The notes under the pieces are model-generated. The model did not search any database and was not told where the DNA came from. It worked only from the letters and a program-made list of their open reading frames with translations. A stretch of 64,000 nt of DNA from Gracilinanus agilis (lineage: Eukaryota), in assembly GCF_016433145.1 (NCBI RefSeq), contig NC_058135.1:279249876-279313875 (forward strand), written 5' to 3'. The translations under genes and the position numbers were made by a program. Of the stretch, positions 38,761 through 51,088 are shown one piece after another; position 1 is the first letter of the stretch; every line of letters begins with the position of its first letter.

Positions 38761-39694
38761 GTTGCTGATGCAGTACCAACTGGTTTTAATAATGTTACTT
38801 TATAATATGTTCTAATTGTAAGATCATTTCTAGTTTGATATCAGATGTTCAATTCTTCCACCTCTAGCATATATATATATATATGTATATACATATATAT
38901 ACATATATTATTGATGTTTAAGAAAATGACTCATTTCTTACCTTTCTGATAGTAAAGCATTAGGAGGAGTTACCAACAAAATTTGTGTAATAACATGATA
39001 TATTTAAGCATGAGATAGGACCAGGAAGGTACATTAGAGAATATCTAGCTTAACTTCCCATAGACAAGTTAATTAAATTCCTGAAAGGTCAAATAATTAT
39101 CCCAATACTGCAGTCTTTTCACTTCAAAATGTGGAGATGATGATGAAGGATACTCATTGTAGTGATCTCATTCATTGTGGTGAACTCAAATAGAAATAGG
39201 GGCTACTAAGATCACTGTGGACTGCACTTAAAAAATTATCTTTATTTTATTCCAATAACAAAGTTACACATATGTTTCCCAAAGTTACATGATTCATGTT
39301 GTTTTCCTCCAATCTTCCCTCCTGCCTCCCAGAGTTGACAAGCAATTTGTGGGCTTCATTTTGACTTAGAAAACCACATATTAACATTATCTATAATCTA
39401 TTGAATTTTTATTTATTTTGTTAAATCCTTTTCAATTACATTTTAATCTGGTTAGAACTATACTTAGTGGACAGAAAATATGACACCTATGGTCTATATA
39501 CTTCACCCCCATTACAAGTAGAAGAAACTGGAGATCATAGAATTTAAATTGTTTTGTCTCACATGGTTGGCAAATGTTAGAGCCTAGATTCTAAGTGATC
39601 TCTTGACTCTAAGGCTAGAACTCTTTAGAATACACTGTGATCACTCATAGAAGGACTCAGTTAAGGGAAAGAAGAGCTCTTTAAAAGACCATTA

Positions 39695-39905
39695 GGGGGC
39701 ATCTGGGTGGCTCAGTGGATTGAGTGCCAGGCCTAGAGACAGGAGGTCCTAGGTTCAAATTTGACCTCAGACACTTCCCAGCTGTATGACCCTGAGCAAG
39801 TCACTTCACCCCCATTGTCTAGTTCTTGCCACTCTTCTGCCTTGGAGCCAATACACAGAATTGACTCCAAGATAGAAGGTAAGGGTTTTTAAAAAAAATA
39901 AAAAT
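39695..39905 (+). mobile_element. SINE1_Mdo-like SINE
   Basis: Consensus-like body with A tail. Confidence 0.9.
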
Positions 39906-40329
39906 AAAAGAGAACCATCCATTTAAGGGTTAGAAAAACTGACAAGTATTTGGTGGAGTTTTCTTAAAGTTTCTCCCCTAAATCTACTATCTTGCTTTTT
40001 AAAATTTGCCCCACTTCTTCCTCATGACTATACTATTCTCTAAAGAATAAACCTTGTTGAGAAAGAGGATTAAGATCTTACCTTGCAGAAATTCTTCCAG
40101 GAATGTGATAATAATAATAATAAAAGATAGTTTTAAGAGCTCACATGACTGTATGCATGCAGGTCTTGACAGTGGTTCTGTAAACCCCAAACCTTTAAAG
40201 GAAATAATAGGAAGAAAGGAAAGTAAGAGAATAAAGCCAAAGCACAAAAAGAAAAGGAGCAAATATTTTAAAGAAAGAGGAAAATGATCTTTTTATATAA
40301 ATATATTTGTAGTATCTCTTTTTTGTATT

Positions 40330-40850
40330 ACCTAAGAATTGGGAACTGAGATATTGCTTATCAATCACGGAATAGATGAACATGTTACGATATATGATTG
40401 TGATAGAATATGATTGTGGTATCAAAATGAAGAAGGGCATGGTTTCAGAATGACCTGGGAAATTCTGGATGAACTGCTTCAGAATGAAATCAACAGAACC
40501 AGGAGAACAAATTATGCATAATGATATTATTGTAAAGAAAAATATCAATAGACTTTAGAAATCTGACCAAAATCATGATTCCAGAGGACTCTTGACAAAA
40601 CATGCTGCCTACCAGGATCATGACAGAGAGCTGATGGAGTAAGAGTGCATGTTGAGGCATATTTCATTATTTTATTTCCTTTTTTGGGACATGGCCAATG
40701 GGGAAACTTGTTTTGCTTGACTCTACATATTTCTAAATAAGTTTTTTTTCTTTCTAAATAAAGGGAGAAAGTGGGCTATAGAGATATTTGTATTTTAATT
40801 GATTATACTGAAAAAATTCTAAATTTAACTAAAAAAGGTGAGAAAAATTT
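40330..40850 (+). mobile_element. L1 3' fragment
   Basis: gatgaactgcttcagaatgaaatcaacagaaccaggagaaca motif shared with the L1 at 7580-7620. Confidence 0.8.
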
Positions 40851-41639
40851 GAAAAGAATAGCAGATGAATCCTTGGTAAAACCAATCTCATACACATTTC
40901 ACTGTGAATGAATGTCATTCCTTTCGTGTTGAGTCACTATAGACTTCTACTGAAATGAGAATATCCCACAATCTGAGTATTTGAAGGGACCACAGAGACC
41001 ATCAAGTCCTGTACAAGAATATCTCTTACAATGTGACCAACACGTGATCATACAACTATTGTTTATAAGTTTTTCCCCAACTCCTGATATCACCCATTCT
41101 ACTTGGGATTGCTCTAATTGTGAGAAAGCTTTTCCCTGCATGGAATTGAAATAGTATCCACTCCATCTTCTTTGTTCTTTCTTCTAGAACCAAGCAGAAA
41201 ATTCAAATTCCTTGCTACATGGAAGCCCTTAAAATACTTGATGGTAGCTAACATGCATCTCTTTAAATTTTACAAATGTTAAAAAAAACATATCAATAAG
41301 AATTAGAAATCTTGGAGTTTGAGTCTGTAATTTGTTAGCAAAGTATATCCCTACTCTACCTGAGGCTTATTTCTTTTTTTTTCATCAGCAATATAAGGAA
41401 GCTAGAAAAGATGACCTCTCCTAACCCTAAATCCCATGGTCCATTGATATTTTATTCAACTATTAATACCAGGGATGATGGATAGGAATTATACTTTACT
41501 GGTAACCAACTTGGGCATTGAGGACACACCTAGGGGAAATATTTACCTGTTAGGACAAGGAGTGAATAAGACTGTAGCACAAATGGTGAAAGTAAAAACA
41601 TGTGGACTGATATAAAATCACCTCATCAAGTGCCCAGTA

Positions 41640-41915
41640 GAAGGCTTTGCTTGCCAAGAAAATAAAGAAGACTGGAGGAGAAGTGATGGCTGCCTTTTAA
41701 TATCTGAAGGGCAGATAGATGGAAGAGGAATTTGATTTGTTCTGTTTGGTCCCAGGAAAGAACAAGGTGGCATGGGTAGAAGTTGTGAGGTTGCAGATTT
41801 AACTTGATGAAAGAAAATAAAACAAACATCAATAATGAGTACTGTTCCCAAATGGAATAGACGTTCTGAGTTTGAAATCACTGGAGATATCTAAATCAAG
41901 GAGAGGTTGGACAGG
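41640..41915 (+). mobile_element. CR1/L3 3' fragment (antisense piece also at about 40945-41300)
   Basis: gccttttaatatctgaagggc...gatttgttctgtttggtcccagg...cactggagatatct. Confidence 0.7.
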
Positions 41916-41959
41916 TCCCAATCTCAGGACTCAAGTCAAACAGGGAAAAGGAAGAAAAT

Positions 41960-42700
41960 GTCACCCTCTTACCACATTTCAGTGTTTTTGAGTCCATTAG
42001 CTCTCTGAGGAAAAATTCTGATCCATTGTCTACCTTTCCCTGAAGATGCCCTTGGGGCAAACCTCCTAGGGAGCTATCCACAACTCTCTTATCTCTTCTC
42101 ACTTTGAATCACTTGGAATGAGTGCCCATGACCTTCAGCTGGGATATGGTCTCCTAAATGGAAAGACATTGACCTATGGGAAGGATTCTTGCTTGTGCTC
42201 TCTGTCTGAACCTCATGCAGCTGAAAGTGAGAAGAATCTTTGGTTCCTACTACTATCAAGGGATTTGAGAAGGCAATACTTTGGAGGTACTCTTGTCAGG
42301 AGTATCAAGAAGTTGTCATAGCCTTAGGTTCAAGGTAACCTGCTAGGATTAAAAAATCCATCAAGATCTGTCCCTGATGTCTCCATTCCTAATATACTTA
42401 TGTCTCATTTAATAGGTTTGGTTATTTAGTTCTGTCTTTGCAGGCTTCCTCAAGGTAATGGATTTCTGAAGCACTGGGGTTTGGGAAAAACTTTTAGAGT
42501 GGAGGACAAGAAAGACAAAGTTAATGGATGGTCAGATCCTGTTGGGTTTTCTAGTTGAAGAACACTTATGTTGTATAGGGGACTAGTGGGTGGGAAACTT
42601 ATTCTCCTGCCCTATCTCCCATTAGAAACAACCATATTCTGACAAATCATGCCATTATGAAATGGTAAGGATTTAAATTTATAACATTTTAGTCACAAAA
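41960..42700 (-). promoter_or_regulatory. Candidate OR10Q promoter and first exon (module Q2)
   Basis: Donor GTG|GTAAGA at 41972. gttattta at 42421. tcctcaaggt/TAATGG at 42447-42461. TAATGG at 42522. Confidence 0.55.
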
Positions 42701-43930
42701 AGGTTGAGATGTCCTGAGAAAAATCTGGAATGGAGAGTCAAGAGACTTGGATGCTAGTCCAAGCTACAATAGTCTTTTTCTCTCATTGGCACTTCCTAGT
42801 ACTCACTCTTACCAATAACTTGAACCTTGCGTTGCAAGAAAAACTGTTCATTAAAATGGACTTCTCATTCCTATCCAAAAAACCGAAAACTTTTCTGAGA
42901 GTTTGTGCAATATTCTGCATCTCCAGGGACTGGCCCATTTTGACTTTTTCTTGAGTGTTAAATGAAAGACTTTACAAATAGCAGATATTTAGTAAGTATC
43001 GGTTGATGAATGAATGAATGCTAACTATCACTATTAACTCCCATCCTTGGTATTATCCTTGATTCTTCTTTCTTCCCACATTTCCAAACTGTTGCCGAGT
43101 CTTGATAATTCGACCTTTACACTATGTTTCCTATAAATTCTCCCCTTTCCACTCACTCAGCCACCATGCTTGCTCAGGCCCTTATACCTATAGGTTTGGA
43201 CTAATGCAATAGCTTGCTGCTAGATCTCATTACCTCCATTCTTCTCCCACTCATATTCATCCTCCATTCAGCTTCCAAAATGATTTTCATAAAGGTACAG
43301 ACCTTATTCTTTCTGGTACAAAATACTGTGGCTTTTAAAAGCCATTAATTTCCTAATTCATTATCATCTTGCCCTCCCAGTCTTCTTATACTTATCCTCT
43401 TTCACATTATAGTTGAAGAAATGGAGGCAGATGGAGGTTAAATGACTTGCCCATGGCCATACAGCTAGTAAATATTTAAGACTGAATTTGAATTTTTGTC
43501 ATCCTGACACCAGGTTCAGTTCTCTATCTGTTCTGCCATCCAGCTGCTCTATGGAGTAGGCTCCATATTCCTAATAGTTCTTGGATCTCCTGACCTATAC
43601 CCCTTCTAGATGTATGACGAAAAAGCAGCAGGATTTTCCAAACCTATGATTCCTGGCATGTAGGAAGAGTTTGAAGAATAGTTGTTGAATGGAATTGGCT
43701 TGAATGATGCTTCATTGCAACAAATGCCATTAAGAATCAATACATTTTACTTTATAAGTAAAGCCAAGTACCATAGATATTGAGCTCTTCTTTATAATAA
43801 GGAAAAAATAAGCAAAAACTATCCCTCAAACCATTTTATTAGACAACATAGGCAACATATTGTGATTCTGGCACTCTTGTTTGTTTTTTTATCTTATAGA
43901 ATTAAATTTTATATAATTTATTTATTATAN

Positions 43931-44018
43931 TGGGCAAGTCACTTGACCCCCATTGCCCACCCTTACCACTCTTCCACCTATGAGACAATACACCGAAGTA
44001 CAAGGGTTAAAAAAAAAA
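43931..44018 (+). mobile_element. SINE1_Mdo-like 3' half after single-N junction
   Basis: tgggcaagtcacttgacccccattgcccacc...aagggttaaaaa. Confidence 0.8.
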
Positions 44019-44467
44019 TGGAGTTAGGAAGACCATATAGGAGGCTATTGCAATAGCCCAAGTGAGAGATGGTATATTCTTAAATTAGAGCAGAGAATGA
44101 AGGGAAGATATTACAAGGAGTGAGAACTTATGAGAACTTGCCAACAGATAATATATAGAAGTCAAAGGTAGAGGGAAAAGTCAAGAAAAATGATAAAATG
44201 GCAAGTCTGGACTAATAGAAGAAAAGTGATACTTTCAACAGATGTTGAGAAGTTTGTAGTTTTATACAATTAAAATATTGAAAAGGCTGGTTTGGGGACA
44301 AGAACATCAATTTATTGCTTAGGCTATCATATATATATAAATATATATAATTTATATAATTTATATAATTTTATGTCATTTTTATTTATATCATTTAATT
44401 TTTAATGCTCAATGCATTAAAAAGAGTAGATATTTAATAAACTGTTTATTTTATCAATGAATGATAG

Positions 44468-44670
44468 TGGGGGCAGCTAGGTGACTCAGTGAATTGAGAG
44501 CCAGGCCCAGAGACTGGAGGTCCTAGGTTCATATCTGGTCTCAGACACTTCCTTGCTGTGTGACCCTGGGCAAGTCACTTAACCTCCAGTGCCTAGCTCT
44601 TACTGCTTTTCTTCCTTGGAACCATTACACAGTATTGATTCGAAGACGGAAGGTAAGGGCTTTATTTTAA
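44468..44670 (+). mobile_element. SINE1_Mdo-like SINE (same insertion site as 53701-53905)
   Basis: Identical 5' flank aatgaatgatagtg. 3' TSD missing here. Confidence 0.88.
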
Positions 44671-45579
44671 AAGAAAAGAATCAAATACAAGATTCTGAAC
44701 TAGTTCTAGATGTCAGGTTATACTTGTTAAGTATAATGAGGTTTTTGTTTTAGATAATCTGAAAGACAGTTGCCACCTCTCATAAGTCTCTGAAATGTAT
44801 GATCCCTCCTACCTAAAGACCAGGAGATAGGACAACCGATAAAAATTTTACAATGATTCCAGAAAAGCTTAATATAGTGAAAAGAGTCCTAGATTTGCAG
44901 TCAAAGGATATTAGGTTCAATCTCAAACTTTCTTGGGCAGTTCATTATGGAATTACAGATTTATAGTTGAAAGGTAGCTTTGAGGCCCTCTGGCTCAACC
45001 CATTTCATTTAAACAAATAGAAAACTGAGGCTTACAGTAGCTATGTGACCTAGGATTATAGGAACATTGATCTAGAGCCAGAAGACACCTCAGAGACCAT
45101 CTAGTCAAGCATTCTCATTTTAAAGATGAGAAGCTTGAGCCCAGTGAAAAGAAATTATTTTCTCAGTTACCCAGGCAGTAAAATATTAGATGATGGATTC
45201 AAACCGAGGGCCTCTGACTATGAAGTTCAATTCTCTTTTATGGACCTCAGTTTTCTTTTCAGCAAAATAAGTGGGGGGACTAGACCAGTAGCTTTCAAAG
45301 TGTGGTCTGGTGATCCCTAGGTTTCCTTAAAACCTTCTTAGGGGATCTGCAAGGTTCATAATATTTTCATGCTATTGCTAAGGCATCTTAATTTTTAATG
45401 TGTTAAATACTGATAACTACAACTGACCTGAATAAAAACTCTTTGGGGTTCTTAATAATTTTATTTAAGAGTATAAGGGGGTCCTATGAAAACCACTAGA
45501 GTAACTGAACTCTAAGATGCTTCCAACTCTAAATCCTTGGCTATCTATTCAAGAAGTTTAATGAAAATAAATAAATGAC

Positions 45580-46320
45580 ATTCCTTACCACCATACAGTG
45601 GTTCTGATTCCATCAGCCATTTAGGAAAAATCTTCGTTCCACAGGCTGCCTTCGACTTGAGATGTCCCAGGGATAGTACTTCTGGAAATCTTTGCAATTC
45701 TGTCCTTGTTCTTGTTGAGTTAAGTAGAAAGAGGGTCCATGACCTTGAAAGGGGACAGAGTTTCCTTTAAAGGAGACACCTGAGCTGGTGCATGGGCTCC
45801 CTGGCTCTGCTTTCTGGATGGAATTCATTCAGCTGCAAATAGGGAAAGATTTGAGTATCTTATGTTCACTGACGGCCTTCAAGGGCAGATGATTTGAGAG
45901 TGATGATCATCACAGAATCTTCTTAGACTGTGGTCCAGGATGTATCCCCTGAGTCAGGTAACCTAGCTACCTGACATAGTCCCTCTGTGTTCATTGATAA
46001 GCTAGACATTATCTTCTTATCCAGGTTATTTAAGGTCCTCTTTGGGATCTTTCTCAGGGGAATGAGTCAATGAAGCATTGCAGTTTTCCCCATTGCTGTA
46101 TTTAAGTTGATCTGAGGTTTGGGGAAAACATTCTGAATTGAGGACAACAAAGACAAAGCTAATGGGCAGTCCCATCCTCTTGGGTTTTCTAGGTAGAGGC
46201 CACTGCTGGTCTATGGGGACCAGGAGGAGACAAGTTTGCTTACTCCTCATCAGAGACTTATGTTGTGTCCCAATAATTCTCTCCAGTGGGAAATGATAAA
46301 GACACCCATTTACAGAACCT
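45580..46320 (-). promoter_or_regulatory. Candidate OR10Q promoter and first exon (module Q3)
   Basis: Donor GTG|GTAAGG at 45588. gttattta at 46025. O/E-like tctcagggga at 46052. TAATGG at 46160. Confidence 0.55.
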
Positions 46321-46569
46321 TAATACTTATTTGTTATGGAGAATAGTGAAGGGAAGGGGGAGAGAGACAGGAGCCTTTAATGATTAGTTGATCAAAAGTT
46401 GACTCCTAGAATTTTTTAGATCAGTCATTTTTTAATAAATACTGCCCCACAGTATATTGATCATTGTATTATGACCAAGAAAATTAGTTAAATGGAATTC
46501 ACCTCAAAAATGATTTCATCAGACAGTTCATGCATCCTTGGAACTGTGACTTATTTCTTTTATTTGTAT

Positions 46570-46693
46570 TGTTATGTAAAGGATGGCAGCATGGAATCCC
46601 TGCAAAATACAGGGTCAGCCTCACCCAGAATTCCAGGAGTGAGGCTGATCCTGTATTTTGCAGGGATTCCATGCTGCCATCCTTTACATAACA
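46570..46693. repeat. 124-bp near-perfect inverted repeat (55-bp arms, 14-nt loop)
   Basis: Arms 46570-46624 and 46639-46693 match at 54/55 positions. Confidence 0.97.
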
Positions 46694-49600
46694 GTAGTTT
46701 CTATGAAGCAATTGCCTAATAGCGGTAGCACTTAATATATTGCTTGTCAAATGAATAAAAGAGTTATAGTTATTTCTATTCATGTTTTACTTTCCTTTTA
46801 GTCTTTACACTCCACGAAGTCAAAACGTTCCAAGGTTCTTTAAACTTCATATCTCCTCCAGAGTCATTATCGTAGGTTTTTAAATAGAGAATGCTTTAAA
46901 CCTAATGTGTTTTCTAGATCCCTTTTGGAGTCTGGCAATGTCATGGTTGGACAATTGCAATTGGCTGCTGGGTACTCTGCTTGTTCAAGCCTCTCCCTAC
47001 TCCAATCCAGTCTTCACTAAGCTTCTAAAGTGATTTTCTAGTGTTATGCAGCTAGTGTTTAGTGCTGGATTTGAACTCTGCTCTTCCTGACTACAGGCTC
47101 AGCTCTCTATCCACTATCTCCAAGCTTAGCCATCTATTAACCATCCACTTTGGTCCCAATGCACCAATATCCCCAAAATGACATCTGAGGGTAAGAATGC
47201 CCAAAGAGTGACCATGATAGGAGTTAAGGGAGCTACCTCTATTTCAGGGAGAATTGTAGGGTCTTCCTTTATATTTTTCTATATTCAAAGCAATGGGTCT
47301 ATAAGGATCCTCAGGGGATCTGCTTAGAATATTATCTGTGAAGACTTGATATTTTAAAGTCTATTATGTTGGGTGGGATCTCTTCTATGATAAGGATTCA
47401 TAACCTATATTTCAAGTCACCAGTAACATTAGGTATGTTGAAAATTACATCTTTTTCACATATAGATAACTGAAAATTAACATTTCCTTAAATAATGAAT
47501 GTAGGAAGTAAGCCACAGTAATATTGCTTATATCAATGACTTTCACTGGGACAGTTAGGTGGTACAGTGGATAGAACACATACTAGCCACGTGACAATGG
47601 GCAAGTCTCAGCCCCTATTTACCTCTGTTCCACATACATAAAATGGGAACATACTGGAGAAGGAAATGGCAAACCAGTTTTGTATCTTTGTCAAGAAAAC
47701 TCCATGGACACATCCATGGATTTACAAAGAGTAGGATACAACTGAACACCTGAACAAGAGAATGTCTGTCTCCAATAGAAATCTCAGATATTTTCACATT
47801 TCATTATAGTTATTGTAGATATCACTAAATATTGTTTTTATTTCTGATAACCTAAAATTATTGTGATTCTTAGACCTCATGAAAGATTACATGGTTACAA
47901 TCTTTCTGCATTCAGATGCTATTTCAATATGATTGATTTCCTTTGCAATTCTGTGTATTTTAGTTTATAAATTTAAAAACAATATTCTAAGAAGGGATAA
48001 AATATTCCAAGAAGATGCTTCTACATAGTCATAACAATAATCATAACTCATAGTTATATAGCACTTTAACCTTTACGAAGCACTGTAATTTGTTACCACA
48101 TTTGATTCTATCAACATCCTTGTGATGTAGGTACTATTATTATCTTAATTTTTATAGGTGAGGAAATTGAGGCAAACAGAGGTAAGTGACTAATCCAAAG
48201 TCACATGGTTAGGAAGTGTCTAAGTCTGGATTTGAATTCAATTCTTCCTAACTCTACATCTAGCACTCTTTCCACTGGACAACCAGTCTTCCCTGGCATA
48301 TTTTGTCAATTTGGTTAGTTCCTAGGAGCAGAGAAAATTATATTCTAGGATCTAGAATGTCCAGATTCTAGATCTATGGCAAAGCAGACTTTGACTGACA
48401 AATTGGAGACCTTTTTGGTGTCAGAGGCATGTGGAGAAATTCTGGCACATTAACCTATTCCTTGATTATTAGGACTGATTGGACTCATCAGGATGCCAAC
48501 TTCCCCCATACCTGTGGCTGCAAAAAAATCAATCAAAAGAATAAAAACAAATACTATTTTAAGTATAAAAACTGTTTTTACACAGAGAAATAACAAATAT
48601 CACTAAATTGTCTCAATGAGAAATTATAGTCATGGGCCCCCAAATATGGTGAAGATAAAGGAAAGTAAGAGAAGATTTAGTGGGAAGAGTGCTGGGCTTG
48701 AAGATTCAATAGTATAGGCTGAAATTTATCCATTTTGATCAGTTGGAATTAGAACCAGGAATTAATACCTAAGTCAACATTAAAAAACAGAATGATATGG
48801 CTTGTAATAATGAATAATATTCAGCATTTATATAATTTTAAAGATTTGAAAAATGACTTTTAAATATTATCTTATTTTTATTCCTTAAAATTGGCCAAAG
48901 AGATAAAACCAACTATTTTCTCCATTTTTACAGATAAGGACACTTACATATGATTTTCTCAGGCTCATACAAGTAAGTTTCTAAGGCCAAATTTAAACTC
49001 AGATATTTTGGACTCAATGTCAAAGACACTATCCACCATGCCATAAAGCTGAACATATTTATATAGAGGATAATGCAAAAACAATTACTATAAGAACATA
49101 AAAAATAAGATGAAAAGAATATTTATACAAAGAGAAAAATCAAGAAATGTTTTGGATAAAACACAACACACATTTCTGTTTAAAAATGTATAAGGAAGGA
49201 CAAAATTTATTTGCAACCAGGATTTGGCATTGTTTATGTTAAGAAGTTTTAGAAACCTTCTCACTAAGAACAGGGGTAAGGTAGGTGCTGTCCAATATCA
49301 TGAGATTCTCAGAAAAAAGAAAATTCAAAGATCATCTATTTAAACCTGTATTCAAAGTTTGGAGTAGATAGACTAAAAAATCTCTTTCAGCTCAAATAGG
49401 CTGACTCTAAGATCTTTTTTACTTTAGGAACGCATGAGCACTATAAAATCAAAATCTTCATATAAATAGACATGCTTAGAAGAAAATCATTAGATCCCAA
49501 ATCTGGGATCAAGTACTTATATTTTTCCACTGGGTAAATCAAGGAGGAAAGTGAATCTGTAAATGAAGAGCCTTCCTCAAAATGGATGCATGCACATGTA

Positions 49601-51088
49601 TGTATGCACACATATACATATATGCACACATGTATACATGCAGACTCCAACAACCTGTATATATGTGTGAGTGCATGTATTTATCCTAAACAAAAGTATA
49701 ATTCTATATGATTCAGGACTCAAGTCAGAAAGAAATGATAATGGAACTTAAGATCCTGCCTTTCAATTTCATTTCCTACAAGTAAACTCTGCAATAAGAG
49801 CTGACATTTTCTAAATCTCTTTTGGATGACCATTAGCCTCCTTCCCATAATCTGGACCATCTCTAGTTGACTTCTAAACATAGCTAATCACTGCTCTCTC
49901 TCAACTCTAGGAATTCTCTCTAGCTGTTCCCCATGTCTGGAATCCTCTCCCTCCTCTGCTCTCATCCCTGACCTCCTTGGCTTCCCTTAAGCTCTGGAAA
50001 AACATCTAACCTTTTACTGGAAGCTATCCCCAGCCTCTTTTAATTTTAGTACATTTTGCTGTTAATTATTTCAAATGTATTCCATAGAGAACTTCCTTTG
50101 TATATATTTGCACATTGTCTCTTGTATTAATTTATAAGCTCTATGAGTGCAGATGCTATCTTTTGCTGGTTTTTATTTCCCTAGAGTTTATTACTGTGCC
50201 TGGCATATAGTAGAGACTTAATAAATGTTTATTGCCTAATAATTTTTTTCCTGATTTTCAGCTTCTAATGACCAACTTCTTGCTGGACATTTATATGTAC
50301 ATGTCCTTGAGGTATCTCAAAATCAATGTGTTTAATTTATTGTCAAGTTTTATTGATTTCTGACATCTCTTGCTTCTGCCCCCTTTTCTCCAAAACCACT
50401 AGCCAAGACAAGGCCCTCACCAAGCTTTCCTTGCACTTTTGTTATAGTCTCCTAATCAGTCTCTTTGATTTCACTCTCTTATCTCTTTCTGTGTTCTCCA
50501 TAAAGCTATAAAATCAAACATCGAAATCACAGATCTTCATAGTCCTTTATTTCCACAGGAATCATCAAGGGCTCCCTATTTCCTCATTGAAAGACATCTT
50601 CATTTTGGAATTAAAAATCCTGCATACTTTGTCTACAGACTATCTCTTCACATTTATCTTATAGAATTCACCTTAATGTTCTTTATACTCCAGCCAACCT
50701 GACCTACTTTCTATTCACTATCCTCAGCATTCTATACCTCATTTCTGTGCCTTTGCTGAGGCTCTTCTCTGTACCTGGCATTCACTCTTCACTACCTTTC
50801 CCCTACTGGGATTCATAGATTTCATTAAGGCTCACTTCATTTCTCACATTCTATGGAAATCCTTTTCTGAATCTTTTTTCAGTGATTTTTTTCTTTCTCA
50901 AAGTACCTTATACTTACTAACATATATTCATGTTGTATTTCATGTAGGCTATAGTACTTTGTTGAAATTCAACTTCCTCTAAATGAACTACTTTTCTCTT
51001 GGGTCATTGTGTTCTCAATATATAGCACACCACTTTGCATGTAGTAGGAACTTGAGAAATACTTGGTAGATTGAATTAAGTAGCAAAA

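Noticed and set aside
46492-46783. Same peptide YCYVKDGSMESLQNTGSAS on both strands
   Set aside because: A consequence of the DNA palindrome, not two genes.
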